Assembly: GCA_041744215.1 (NCBI GenBank)
Contig: JBGTLG010000025.1
Span: forward strand, 32,001 to 96,000
Source of the DNA: Fimbriimonadales bacterium
GTDB taxonomy: Bacteria > Armatimonadota > Fimbriimonadia > Fimbriimonadales > ATM1
Direction of reading: 5' to 3'
DNA: 64,000 nt
Part shown: piece after piece, positions 18,489 through 28,578 of the stretch
Layout: the number at the start of each line of letters is the position of its first letter
Numbering within the stretch: the stretch's first letter is position 1
Notes under the pieces: generated by a model
Told to the model about the DNA's origin: nothing
The model's input: the letters and a program-made list of their open reading frames with translations, nothing else
The model's database searches: none
Position numbers and translations under genes: made by a program

Positions 18489-20039
18489 TCAGTCAATTCG
18501 GATTGCGCGAGTCGCAATATAAGTTTGGCCAAACATGTCAGTCGTCCTCACGTGGATCGGATGCGTGCCTTTGCCTAATCCAGCCGGAAGCTGGAGTTTC
18601 CACAGGTGGGGCGAGTTCATCGCACCTGGGAGCGGCCTGAAGGGCGCGGTGAGGGTTCTGTCTCGCTCGACCATTTTCGCGTACCATGGATCCGCTTCGA
18701 GCGTCTTCACCATTGCCGTCCATGTTCCCTTCTCCCCGACGCGCACATCGACCTTTGAACGTTCGCTGCCCCCGAAGACGTTTACAAAGACCCAAGTGTC
18801 AGCAATGTCTGCGCTGCTTATCGATGGCGGAACAATAACATTCATCTGCCAGCTCGGAAGTGATCTCGCGGCACGGAACTCAATCGTGTACTGGTTCCCG
18901 TCAAACGTGAGAATCGAATAGCCATTTGGCGCACCGTCACGCATCGTCGTGTGTGGAATGCCGAATTCGTCTGGGGTTCCTTGCCACCAGCTTCCGCACG
19001 TCGTCACATTGATAATGTGGTGGTGGGGTTCTGCTCGCTTGAAACCATCTTTATCGGTGATGAACCGATGCTCCTGGAAGTGTGTGTGCCCAGCGACAGA
19101 GATGCAATAAGGCCGTTTAGCGATAAGGTCGTAAATCTCCTGCTTTTCTTCGACGTCTGTCAGCGGGATGTGCATCAAGAGTACGACGAGCTGGTGTTCG
19201 GGGACGAGTTCAAGATTTCTCTTCAACCATTCAAGCTGAGTTTTTCCAAGTCCGCCTCTGTAGCGTCCTCTCTCACCTGTCGCTTCGTTCGCTCCTGTCC
19301 ACATTACGTTGTCAAGCACGAGGAAGTGCGTAGGGCCGTGATCAAACGAATAGTATGGCGGGCCATAGACGCTCTGGAATGTTTCAGTAGAGTGCTTGTC
19401 GTCTTTCGAATCAAAGTTGATATCGTGATTTCCCAGAACGTTGTACCAGGGGATTCCGATCATCGCAATCACTTGGTTCAGCGGTCGGAAAAGCGATAGA
19501 TTATCGAACACGATGTCTCCAAGCGTCACCCCGAACATCGCGTCGGTTTTTCCAATCAGCGGCTCGACAATATCATGAGCGATGTATTCGATCTCTCTTA
19601 AATCGCGAGGCTGAGTGTCCCCAAAGAAAAGTGCGCGAAACTTATCCGGTTCCGGACGACGATAGAGTGGGAAGTCTATGGATGCGGGCAGCGCGCCCGT
19701 CGGCTGGACGCCAGGGTATCTAAACTGCGGAGAGCCGGCTGGCTTGTGGATGTAATAGAACCGCGGGAGCATGTGCTCATCGACGGGGGTCATGTAGCCT
19801 CGCGGCTTGATAACGAAGAATATGGTGTCGCTGTCGTATGGAAGGGACCAGATTCCCCTTCGGTCTGTCTTCACAATGTCGAAGCCGTTCGAGACTCGGA
19901 CACCAGGAAGCACTGCTTCGCCCGGGTCGAACACGCCGTTGTTGTTCGAGTCAACGAATACGCGACCGGTGGCCAGTTGCGCTGAAGCCGTCCACCCAAT
20001 CAACGCCAGAGCAAGCGATGCAAACACCCGTTTCCACAT
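18489..20039 (-). CDS. Secreted calcineurin-like metallophosphoesterase
   Basis: Signal peptide; GDTQ, LGDIV, GNHD, HIP, GHTH, DGAPNGY. Confidence 0.9.
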   Translation of the reverse strand: MWKRVFASLALALIGWTASAQLATGRVFVDSNNNGVFDPGEAVLPGVRVSNGFDIVKTDRRGIWSLPYDSDTIFFVIKPRGYMTPVDEHMLPRFYYIHKPAGSPQFRYPGVQPTGALPASIDFPLYRRPEPDKFRALFFGDTQPRDLREIEYIAHDIVEPLIGKTDAMFGVTLGDIVFDNLSLFRPLNQVIAMIGIPWYNVLGNHDINFDSKDDKHSTETFQSVYGPPYYSFDHGPTHFLVLDNVMWTGANEATGERGRYRGGLGKTQLEWLKRNLELVPEHQLVVLLMHIPLTDVEEKQEIYDLIAKRPYCISVAGHTHFQEHRFITDKDGFKRAEPHHHIINVTTCGSWWQGTPDEFGIPHTTMRDGAPNGYSILTFDGNQYTIEFRAARSLPSWQMNVIVPPSISSADIADTWVFVNVFGGSERSKVDVRVGEKGTWTAMVKTLEADPWYAKMVERDRTLTAPFRPLPGAMNSPHLWKLQLPAGLGKGTHPIHVRTTDMFGQTYIATRAIRID

Positions 20040-20114
20040 GGAAATGAACTGTACCCGGGGTTCGGTTTATGGGAGTGTTAACCCAAGATTACGCTTGAGG
20101 CATAATGGCGTTAA

Positions 20115-20531
20115 ATGGCGGCACTAAGACACGACAAACACTTCACACTCTCCGAAGCCAACAAGCTGCTTTCGACGCTTACACCACTCCTCGTGCGCAT
20201 TCAGCGCTCAGTGGAGTTACATGGCCGTCAGCTTGACGTCGCAATATCTGCTGGAGAGACTGCCAGAACAAACGGAAAAAAGCACGAGTCCGAAGATCCA
20301 GACGCTCTCTTGGAGATAGAGGCGCTGACTGCGCGTGTTGAGGATTTCGGCTGCGTCCTGCGTGATCATTCCTCTGGGCTGATCGACTTTCCGTCAATTT
20401 TGGACGGCCGCGAGGTCTACTTATGCTGGCGAGTCGGCGAGAGTGAAGTCATCGCCTGGCATGAATTGGAGGGGGGACTCGGCGGACGTCAAGTCATTAC
20501 TGAAGACCTTCAGTTTACGTCTAAGTCTTAA
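20115..20531 (+). CDS. DUF2203 family protein
   Basis: FTLSEANKLL..GLIDFPSILDGREVYLCWRVGE..WH..GLGGRQ. Confidence 0.88.
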   Translation: MAALRHDKHFTLSEANKLLSTLTPLLVRIQRSVELHGRQLDVAISAGETARTNGKKHESEDPDALLEIEALTARVEDFGCVLRDHSSGLIDFPSILDGREVYLCWRVGESEVIAWHELEGGLGGRQVITEDLQFTSKS

Positions 20532-21552
20532 GGGTGCGACCAGCAACGCTGGCAAATGCCGCGACCCTCTCCATTAGCTGAGAGAAGCCTTCAGGAGACA
20601 GAGTTTGCGCAGCATCGGATACTGCTTCTCCCGGATTAGGATGCACCTCAATCATCAATCCATCCGCGCCAGCAGCGATCGCCGCGCACGCGAGAGCAGG
20701 AACGTACTTCGCGACTCCGACCCCGTGGCTTGGATCCACCACGACGGGTAAATGTGTTTGATCGCGAAGAACAGGGACAGCGTTCAGATCGAGCGTGTTC
20801 CTTGTGTATGCCCGGTCAATTGGGACAATTCCCCTCTCACACAGAATGACGTTTGGATTTCCTTTCGATAAGATGTACTCCGCCGCAAGCAAGAATTCGT
20901 CGAGTGTAGCTGCAGGGCCACGCTTCAAGAAGACAGGATGGTTGCTCCTCCCAGCTTCAATCAGCAGAGGATAGTTCTGCATGCTTCGGGCGCCTATCTG
21001 GAGTATGTCGACGTGCCGCGCCACGGTTTCCACCATATCTGGCGACATAACCTCAGAAATCGTCTTGATTCCGATCTCCTTGCCGACTTGCTCCATGATC
21101 TTGAGTCCTTCTTCGGCAAGTCCCTGAAACGCATAAGGCGACGTGCGCGGCTTGAATGCTCCACCTCTGAGGACTCTGGCTCCAGCTTGCTTGACCGCGG
21201 TGGCTGCATCGTGCATTTGCTCGTAGCTTTCGATGCTGCACGGCCCAGCGATCACGACAATTTCTTTTTGACCGAACGCAACTCCGTCTACGTCGACTAT
21301 CGTTGTCGCAGAATGAAACTCCCGCGACGCGAGTTTGTAGCTGCGACTAACCTGGGTTACCCGGCTAACTCCGGGCAGGATCGAGAGCCTTTGCTCCAAG
21401 GGATCGCGGAGGTCGGTGGGAATCGCGGACGGGATCCCGATCGCCATGACACTGCCTGGCATCAGTAGTGGCTCAAGATCGTGCTTCTTGATCGCTTCGC
21501 AAACATTTTGGATCTGCGCTTGCGTAGCGTCGGGCTGCATTACGACTACCAT
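20521..21552 (-). CDS. aroF: 3-deoxy-7-phosphoheptulonate (DAHP) synthase, type I-beta
   Basis: IAGPCSIES, RGGAFKPRTSPYAFQG, QIGAR, LKRG, DPSH. Confidence 0.95.
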   Translation of the reverse strand: MVVVMQPDATQAQIQNVCEAIKKHDLEPLLMPGSVMAIGIPSAIPTDLRDPLEQRLSILPGVSRVTQVSRSYKLASREFHSATTIVDVDGVAFGQKEIVVIAGPCSIESYEQMHDAATAVKQAGARVLRGGAFKPRTSPYAFQGLAEEGLKIMEQVGKEIGIKTISEVMSPDMVETVARHVDILQIGARSMQNYPLLIEAGRSNHPVFLKRGPAATLDEFLLAAEYILSKGNPNVILCERGIVPIDRAYTRNTLDLNAVPVLRDQTHLPVVVDPSHGVGVAKYVPALACAAIAAGADGLMIEVHPNPGEAVSDAAQTLSPEGFSQLMERVAAFASVAGRTLKT

Positions 21553-22274
21553 TAGTTTGCTGTCCTACCTTTTCTCCTGGGCATTCGCAAGATTCGGACC
21601 GGAAAGCCCACAAAATTGACGAGATCGCGGTACAGATCGACGACTGCCTGCGGTGTCTCCGCGAGCGTACGCCTTCTTATCACCATTGCCAAGTCGTAGA
21701 CCCAGTATGTTATGAGGGCTATCGACGTGACGATGGCGGTCACCGTCTCCGCGACGGTTAGCCCGTAGCGAAAAGCCACAGTCACACCCGCTGCGACGAC
21801 CGCCAACGCACTGAGAACGAACTCGCCACCGAAGCTGTAATCTCTTCCACAAAACAAATTGTATGCCAAGAGCGCTGTGTAGGCGACTGCTGCCACAACT
21901 CCGACCGCCTCGACAAACGCCGGAAAGGAATCGTGCCACGCGGCGATCCAGAAGCTTAACGCCGCCGAGCCAGAAACAAGGAAGATTGCGAGGATAACGA
22001 GTTGCGGGAGCAGGGGAGCTTTGCGCGCCGCAGAAAGCGCCAACACGCTTACGAACGCTACGGGAACCATCGCCTCGGGCGAGCTGCCCGCAAGATAAGG
22101 CATCACGGACGGCTTCAAAAAGAGTGCGACGACTCCTGCGATTGCGAGGACGGTTGCCAAATGGAAAAGTCCGACCGCCCGAATGAACCTGACTCGCTGA
22201 ATATAGTCCCCGTCGGCCACGTTGCCCGGAACGGTGATCGGCTCCGGAAGCAGCGGAGGAGGATACGGGAGCAT
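21552..22274 (-). CDS. Bax inhibitor-1-like membrane protein
   Basis: About seven TM helices; RVRFIRAV, RDYSF, VYD, VDLYRDLVNF pattern. Confidence 0.6.
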   Translation of the reverse strand: MLPYPPPLLPEPITVPGNVADGDYIQRVRFIRAVGLFHLATVLAIAGVVALFLKPSVMPYLAGSSPEAMVPVAFVSVLALSAARKAPLLPQLVILAIFLVSGSAALSFWIAAWHDSFPAFVEAVGVVAAVAYTALLAYNLFCGRDYSFGGEFVLSALAVVAAGVTVAFRYGLTVAETVTAIVTSIALITYWVYDLAMVIRRRTLAETPQAVVDLYRDLVNFVGFPVRILRMPRRKGRTAN

Positions 22275-22299
22275 CTGCTGAATTCTACTTGTTAATGTA

Positions 22300-22331
22300 G
22301 ACGGGCCGCGCCTGGCGGGCGCGGCCCTGTC
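22300..22331 (-). terminator. GC-rich stem-loop
   Basis: GGGCCGCGCC-TGGCG-GGCGCGGCCC. Confidence 0.55.
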
Positions 22332-22356
22332 ATCCTCTCTCCATCTGGCGAGAAGC

Positions 22357-23379
22357 CTATGTGCTTCTTATCTTGAGAGTCTTGCCGTTCATAGAGACTG
22401 TAATCTCCACTTTGGCTCCCGACCCGAACCCTACCATCTCACGCTGTTCTTCGGTGAGATCATCGTATGTCAGGTGTCCCTTCGCGTCGTGGGTCGCCCA
22501 CTGGTCTGCGGTGATCGTCTCCATCAACTTTGAGATGTTCGCCCCGCCGACTCCGATTCTCGGCAAGCTGTCAAACAGTTCGCGCATTTCGAGGCGCGTA
22601 GCGAAGTCGTGAGATCGAAGTGACTCGAGCTTCTCCTTTACCTCAGGATTCATTTTGAAGAACTCTTCTGGGTTGATGCTCTTGAAGTCACCGCCTGGGG
22701 GCAGCACGAACATTTTCCCACCGGGGATCTCCTTCCACTCGCCGCCCTTAAATCGCTCTTGCAGATCGCGTAGAAAGTCGTCTTTAGGAAGCGCCTTAAA
22801 CAGGTCCGGCAAGTCCTTGCCTTCCCATCCCTGATGAAACTTCTCGGCCCATTCACGAAGTCGGTCGAGCATCTCACCAGGAGGTTGGCTGTCAGGACGT
22901 TGCTCGGAGGGCGTTCCTCCGCGCAATTCAAAACGCGGCGCGGCGACCTTGAATAGATAGACGTCGCCCTTCTTGTCCCATGTGCCTCCAAACACTTCTG
23001 AGATAGCGTCGAGGACGTCGCGTAACATCAGATCTGTCACTTGGAGCGTGATCCGCGCTGTCGGCCGAGGCGAGTCAGGCTGTGCAGCGAAATTGAGTCC
23101 TTGAGTTCCAAGCCACCTAAGGACATCGTCAAAACTTGCCCTTTCAAAAATGACGCTGACTCGTTTTTCGAGAGCCGGGTCCTGCTCCAGTTTTGTACGC
23201 TGCACGTCGAGGATATCGGCCCACGTGGTGCCGTAGAGAATTGGATGGAGCACTTGGTCTTGCGTGCCCGCGGCCCGTTTTGCCTCCGACTGAGCGGGGG
23301 TGATGCCGACGAAAGACCAGCCGATAGTGATCATCACAAAGACGGCCGCTCCGATTAGCAGAATGTGCTTGTAAGACAC
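22357..23379 (-). CDS. Exported hypothetical protein with STN/secretin-N-like domain
   Basis: AGGAGGT RBS then GTG; signal/TM; RVSVIFERASFDDVLRWL..ITLQVTDLMLRDVLDAI. Confidence 0.6.
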   Translation of the reverse strand: MSYKHILLIGAAVFVMITIGWSFVGITPAQSEAKRAAGTQDQVLHPILYGTTWADILDVQRTKLEQDPALEKRVSVIFERASFDDVLRWLGTQGLNFAAQPDSPRPTARITLQVTDLMLRDVLDAISEVFGGTWDKKGDVYLFKVAAPRFELRGGTPSEQRPDSQPPGEMLDRLREWAEKFHQGWEGKDLPDLFKALPKDDFLRDLQERFKGGEWKEIPGGKMFVLPPGGDFKSINPEEFFKMNPEVKEKLESLRSHDFATRLEMRELFDSLPRIGVGGANISKLMETITADQWATHDAKGHLTYDDLTEEQREMVGFGSGAKVEITVSMNGKTLKIRST

Positions 23380-23456
23380 GTTTGTTACCTCCTGATAGCT
23401 TTGTGTCTGCCTCTGATGAGTTAATACCCGATGCAACCCACGGTTGAGTTCCCGTC

Positions 23457-24308
23457 TCAGTCCGATCGGGACGTAGATTTTGGATCGAACCGATCTCTCA
23501 GGCCATCACCGACGAAATTGAGAGCGAGGATCGTGGCGCTAAGCGCTAGGCAGGGCCAGAGCAGAAGTGTCGGGTACGACGCCATGTACTGCCTCGCGTC
23601 GTTGATCATCGAACCCCACGACGGGTACGGCGGAGGTACACCGATTCCCAGGAAGGAGAGCGCTCCTTCAGCGAGAATCACCATCGCCATCCCGACCATC
23701 GCAACCGCGAGGATTAGTCCCCAAATGTGCGGGAGGATGTGCTTGAAAACGACGTGCGCATGCCCCGCCCCAAGCACACGGCTCGCGGTCACATACTCCT
23801 GTTCCCTGAGGCTCAGAACTTGGTTGCGAATGAGACGCGCCATGGTTGGCCAGCCGACTACTGCGAGGGCTGCGAAGACTGGGAGCACTCCGGCGAGCAA
23901 CGGGGGAAGTCCAGCGAAGAGCGATGCCTTGCTCGCTCTCACCAATCCCATAACAAGTATCGCAAGCAGAATGTCAGGGAACGCGAACATCGCGTCCGTT
24001 AGGCGCATCAATACGACGTTAGCCCATCTCGGCCCATATCCCGCAGTCGTTCCAATGATCAGTCCGACAAAGATTGCCACTGCCTGCACCGCAACGCCGA
24101 TCAATAGGCTGAGTCGCGCACCGAACGCGAGTCGCGAAAAAATATCGCGTCCTAAATGATCGGTTCCGAGCCAGAACTTTTCGCTCGGCTGCAAGAGCTT
24201 GTCGCCGACTTGGGCTGTCACATCGTATCGCATCGGACCAAAGATCGCGAACAGGCAGACCAGAACTAGGAATGCGGTTCCGATCGTGAGCAGCCAGTCT
24301 CGCTTCAC
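23457..24308 (-). CDS. Peptide/nickel ABC transporter permease (OppC/DppC)
   Basis: WLGTDHLGRDIFSRLAFGARLSL, EYVTASRVLGA, PSWGSMI. Confidence 0.92.
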   Translation of the reverse strand: MKRDWLLTIGTAFLVLVCLFAIFGPMRYDVTAQVGDKLLQPSEKFWLGTDHLGRDIFSRLAFGARLSLLIGVAVQAVAIFVGLIIGTTAGYGPRWANVVLMRLTDAMFAFPDILLAILVMGLVRASKASLFAGLPPLLAGVLPVFAALAVVGWPTMARLIRNQVLSLREQEYVTASRVLGAGHAHVVFKHILPHIWGLILAVAMVGMAMVILAEGALSFLGIGVPPPYPSWGSMINDARQYMASYPTLLLWPCLALSATILALNFVGDGLRDRFDPKSTSRSD

Positions 24309-25324
24309 GCAGCTCCTCCGCGAATTCTTGGGTCAAGCAAGGGCAGAAGCACGTCAACGATCAAGTTAATGAGGATGAACAGCACCGCGAACAACACGAC
24401 CGTTGCCTGAATGATGGGTTGATCGCCCTGATAAATGGCATCGATCGACTTGAATCCGAGGCCAGGAATTCTGAAAAACGTTTCAAGAATAAACGATCCA
24501 GTGAGAAGATAACCAAAGCTTGTGCCGATTGCGGTGACGATCGGAACGAGCGAATTGCGTAAGGCATGCTTGGTCATTACCCGCCAAAATGGGACACCTT
24601 TTGCAAATGCGGTGCGAATGAAGTCCTGGCTGAGGGTATCAACCATGCTGGCGCGCGTCAAGCGCGTGATGACCGCTGCCGGTCGTAGCGCAAGAATTGC
24701 GACTGGAAGAATCAGATACCAGACAATGCCTTCTGGCGGATTAGGCACCCACGTCTCTGGCAGTGCTTTCATTTGGATTGCGAAAACGTACACCAATACC
24801 GGCGCAAGTACAAAGTTTGGAATGCAGATACCCAGCGTCGAGAATGTCGTTGCAACTTGATCCGGCCACCTGTTGTGCCAAATGCCGGCCACTGATCCAA
24901 GCGTTACTCCTATCAGCGACGCGAGGCCGATCGCTAACATTGCCAGCAGCGCGGTTAGTTTCAGACCGTCGAGAACGACATGTTTGATTTCGCCGTACGG
25001 AGGAAACCAGGAATCGCCGAAGTCGAGCTGTGCTGCGCCGACGACAAACTCTTTGTACCGCACGAGCATCGGCTTGTCGAGGCCCTTTTCCTTGCGGATA
25101 CGCTCGACTACTTCCGGGTTGCTCGCGCCCTTCTCTCCAGCAATGACGGTTGCTGCGTCACCGGGAGTAAGTTCCGCAATGCCGAATGTGACGAACGTGA
25201 TGAAGATCAATGTTGGGATCGCCCAAAGCAACCTTGAAGCGATCTGCCACCAAACGGCAGATCGTCCGCCAACTCGCGGGCGATCTACGATTTGCGTTTC
25301 TTCCGCGCTACTTGTTCCAGACAA
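24305..25324 (-). CDS. Peptide/nickel ABC transporter permease (OppB/DppB)
   Basis: PGDAA, DFIRTAFAKG, HALRNSL, ETFFRIPGLG, LDPRIR; start uncertain (TTG 25324 or GTG 25375). Confidence 0.9.
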   Translation of the reverse strand: MSGTSSAEETQIVDRPRVGGRSAVWWQIASRLLWAIPTLIFITFVTFGIAELTPGDAATVIAGEKGASNPEVVERIRKEKGLDKPMLVRYKEFVVGAAQLDFGDSWFPPYGEIKHVVLDGLKLTALLAMLAIGLASLIGVTLGSVAGIWHNRWPDQVATTFSTLGICIPNFVLAPVLVYVFAIQMKALPETWVPNPPEGIVWYLILPVAILALRPAAVITRLTRASMVDTLSQDFIRTAFAKGVPFWRVMTKHALRNSLVPIVTAIGTSFGYLLTGSFILETFFRIPGLGFKSIDAIYQGDQPIIQATVVLFAVLFILINLIVDVLLPLLDPRIRGGAA

Positions 25325-26927
25325 CTTCGGTTTCGGTGTGCGGCAATGGTCCCATCGACGATCTTCGAAGCCCACTCACTCCCGGTCTTACAAGCTCAAG
25401 GTCTCGTTGGAAGTAGATTGGAATCCAGATAGCTTCTTCGACAGCTACCTTTTCTGCCTGACGGTAAAGCCTGAAGCGTTCCTCTTGTTGGTCAAGCGGC
25501 AATGAGTCCGCACGATCGCAGAGTGAGTCGAACTGCTGATTCGACCAACCCAATGTGTTCTCTTTCGCTTTCGTATGCAGCATGAACGACAAGAAGTTTT
25601 GTGGATCGAGATAATCCGCGCCCCATCGCAGGTGGAAGAAAGGAAGTTCTCCCTTTGTTCGCAACTCTAGTAGTGCTTTCCATTCGGTAGGTGCGAGTTC
25701 GACGGTGATTCCGAGATTTGCGCGGAGATCCTGCGCAACCATTTCTGACACGACCTTTGGATCGTGGCGGTCGGCACGATAGTAGAGCTTTAGCGGCGGC
25801 AGTCCCCGACCGTCCTGATAGCCTGCGTCTGCCAGGAGTTTCTTCGCCTCAGAGGGGTTGAACTGAATCCCTTTGAAGTTCGGGTCGTGGCCCGGAACCG
25901 CAGGAGGAACGATTCCCTCTGCGCGCTGATTGATTGAGTCGAACCCTTGTTGGATGATCCGGTCCTTGTCGATCGCCATCGCGAAGGCGCGGCGAACGCG
26001 AGCGTCTTGGAATGGAGCGTATATCTTCGGAGAAAACCCGACGTACCATATTGCGGCACGATCTACCACGACGAGCGCTTCTTTCAACTCAGGGTCGCGA
26101 TCCACAACGACTTTGTCTTGCCGTTCAATTGGGACCCAATCCGCGCGCCCCGCTTGATACAGCTGGAGCCGATTCTGCGCGTCTTTCGCGACGAGCCGCT
26201 TGATCATTTGCAGTTTTGGTGCCCCCGTATGATAGTCCTCAAAGCGAACCATGTGCACTTCCTGATTGTCGATGAACTTGTCCAACTTGAACGGACCCGT
26301 CCCGACCATTTGTTGCACTTCAACCATCGGTTTGAGGCCCGCAGAGTCCTTATCAACGATGAAGTAGCACGGATACTGTAGGTACATGGGCCAGTACGCG
26401 CGCATCGACTTGATTCGCACTTCCAGCGTGTATGGATCAAGGACGCGCACACCCGAGATGCTGGTTGTCCGTCCACTCACGACATCTTCGAATCCAACGA
26501 TGTCGCTCATGTAGCCTGCTTCGTTCTCGGTTCCGACTGTGCCGCTTAGCACATCTGGGTGCGCAGCGCGATCCCAACTGTACTTGACATCCTCGGCGGT
26601 CATTTCCCGTCCAGAGTGAAACTTGACGCCTTGCTTGATCTTGAAAACGTATGTCAAGCCATCTGGCGAGACCGTCCATGACTCTGCGAGATTGCCTACG
26701 AGGTCGTTCTTCGCGTCGTACTCAACGAGGCCTTCGAAGACCTGACTCAGAATGTCGATGGTGTCTCCATCTTCAACTTGGGCGGGATCGAGTTTTGTTG
26801 GGTTCGAGGCGATAGTTGCAACCAGGACGTGGTTCGCCTTGCCTTCGGTTGAGCCGCTGAACCGGCCCTTGCTGCAGCCCGCCAGAGGGAGCGCAGCAGC
26901 GAGCAATGCGATGACATACAGTTTCAT
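25308..26927 (-). CDS. Peptide ABC transporter substrate-binding lipoprotein (SBP family 5)
   Basis: Lipobox LAGC; LAESWTVSPDGLTYVFKI, GTGPFKL, PFQDARVRRAF, WGADYLDP. Confidence 0.93.
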   Translation of the reverse strand: MKLYVIALLAAALPLAGCSKGRFSGSTEGKANHVLVATIASNPTKLDPAQVEDGDTIDILSQVFEGLVEYDAKNDLVGNLAESWTVSPDGLTYVFKIKQGVKFHSGREMTAEDVKYSWDRAAHPDVLSGTVGTENEAGYMSDIVGFEDVVSGRTTSISGVRVLDPYTLEVRIKSMRAYWPMYLQYPCYFIVDKDSAGLKPMVEVQQMVGTGPFKLDKFIDNQEVHMVRFEDYHTGAPKLQMIKRLVAKDAQNRLQLYQAGRADWVPIERQDKVVVDRDPELKEALVVVDRAAIWYVGFSPKIYAPFQDARVRRAFAMAIDKDRIIQQGFDSINQRAEGIVPPAVPGHDPNFKGIQFNPSEAKKLLADAGYQDGRGLPPLKLYYRADRHDPKVVSEMVAQDLRANLGITVELAPTEWKALLELRTKGELPFFHLRWGADYLDPQNFLSFMLHTKAKENTLGWSNQQFDSLCDRADSLPLDQQEERFRLYRQAEKVAVEEAIWIPIYFQRDLELVRPGVSGLRRSSMGPLPHTETEVVWNK

Positions 26928-27011
26928 ATCGCTATCATGGTCTAATTTCGTGCCCCTGTGGTAGTGGGCCGGCGGCCCGACACCGGTGGTAACCTAACCC
27001 CTGCCCCAAGG

Positions 27012-28364
27012 ATGACGGAACTCTCCGCGAAAGAGCGCACCGAGCAGCTTGAGGAGTTGCTTGACCAGGGCCGTACGCGAGAAGCGTCCGGCTTGATCGC
27101 TGGTTTGCATCACCAAGACATCGCGGAGCTCATCACCGCTCTCCCCACAAAGCACCGCCCACAAGCGCTCCTGCTGTTAAACGCGGAGGTTGCCGCCGAT
27201 GTTGTGGAGGATCTGGATGATGACGTTCGGAACTCCGCAATTCAGCGAATGTCGCCGGAGAGCGCGGCCGCGATCCTCGGCGAGATGTACACCGACGAAG
27301 AGGCGGACATCTTGCAGGATCTCCCCAGCGAAGCGGCCGAGGCGATCATCGGTCTCCTTGAGCCAGATGACGCGGCAGAAGTGCGAGAACTGATCGGCTA
27401 TGGCGAGGACACCGCGGGCGGTCTCATGCAGAAGGAGATCATTTCTGTGCCAGCCGATTTTACGGCACGAGATACGGTGAGGATGCTGCGAAAAAACGCA
27501 GAGGAGTTTGCGGACTTCCCCGTCGGATACATCTATGCCGTCGATGAGCAAAATCAACTCAGAGGCGTCGTGACAACGCGCGCACTCATTCTCTGCAAGG
27601 CTGCCGCGACTGTCGCTGAGATCATGGAGCAAGTGGAGTCTGTTCCAGCCGACATGCCTGCAGAGGAGTTGGCGAGACTGATGCGGAGGTCTGATTACTT
27701 GGCGCTACCCGTTGTGGATGCCGGGAATCGATTGATCGGCGCTGTCTTGCAAGAAGACGTTCAAGATTACGAACTCGAGGAATCAGAAGAGGAGATGATG
27801 CAGATGAGCGGCATCGTCAGCGGCGAAGAAGTGCGCGAGATGCCCGTTTTATGGCGTGCGTACCGCCGTTTCTTATGGCTCGGCGCAAAAGTGATTCTGA
27901 ATCTCATCCCGGTTAGTGTCATCGCGGCATACAAAGGGACAATCGAGGTGCTTCCCGTGGTTGCGGTTATTATGCCGATCGTTTCAGATATGGGCGGCGG
28001 CGCAGGCTCGCAGGCTATTGCCGTAACGATTCGCGAATTGGCGATGGAGCGACTCGATGCAAGAGGGTTCTTGTCCGTCGTGTTCAAAGAGGCGGGCATC
28101 GGCGTTATCAATGGACTTGCGCTGGCAGTGCTCTTGGGCACGATCATCGGAGTCTGGGAAAACTCTGTCGCGTTTGGGATCTTAGCTGCGGCCGCCATCG
28201 CGGGGTGCACCTTCGTAGCGGTGATTATCGGTGGATTGACTCCCCTCATGCTACGGCGTATGCGGATCGATCCGGCCGTCGCGTCCATGCCTTTGCTGAC
28301 GACAGTCACGGATGTCGTTGGGTTCTGGTTAGTGCTGGCGCTTGCGACTGCGTTCTTACTCTGA
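27012..28364 (+). CDS. mgtE: Magnesium transporter MgtE
   Basis: MgtE_N helices, YGEDTAGGLM, two CBS domains, GGGAGSQ, IDPAVAS.PLLTTVTDVVG. Confidence 0.93.
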   Translation: MTELSAKERTEQLEELLDQGRTREASGLIAGLHHQDIAELITALPTKHRPQALLLLNAEVAADVVEDLDDDVRNSAIQRMSPESAAAILGEMYTDEEADILQDLPSEAAEAIIGLLEPDDAAEVRELIGYGEDTAGGLMQKEIISVPADFTARDTVRMLRKNAEEFADFPVGYIYAVDEQNQLRGVVTTRALILCKAAATVAEIMEQVESVPADMPAEELARLMRRSDYLALPVVDAGNRLIGAVLQEDVQDYELEESEEEMMQMSGIVSGEEVREMPVLWRAYRRFLWLGAKVILNLIPVSVIAAYKGTIEVLPVVAVIMPIVSDMGGGAGSQAIAVTIRELAMERLDARGFLSVVFKEAGIGVINGLALAVLLGTIIGVWENSVAFGILAAAAIAGCTFVAVIIGGLTPLMLRRMRIDPAVASMPLLTTVTDVVGFWLVLALATAFLL

Positions 28365-28550
28365 AGCGCGGCGGTCGTCGACCATTGGGTCTGCAAGGAT
28401 TTCGCGAACCATCGGTCCCCTCGCACTTTCATCAGGGTCAGCCGAGTAGTCGCCGGGTCCTACAATGCTCTCGAGCCAAGGGAGCGAGACCATGAAGCCA
28501 ATTGCAATAAGCAACAGGTAAATGAGCCGCCTCACAAGGGTCATGCCCAC
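28356..28550 (-). CDS. Small membrane-anchored hypothetical protein
   Basis: One N-terminal TM segment; fills the gap between genes. Confidence 0.45.
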   Translation of the reverse strand: MGMTLVRRLIYLLLIAIGFMVSLPWLESIVGPGDYSADPDESARGPMVREILADPMVDDRRASE

Positions 28551-28578
28551 CCATTAGCAATTTGTATGCCAATGGCAG

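Noticed and set aside
23457-26927. Peptide ABC operon without an ATPase as a novel transporter
   Set aside because: OppD/F genes are often encoded elsewhere; cannot be judged from this window
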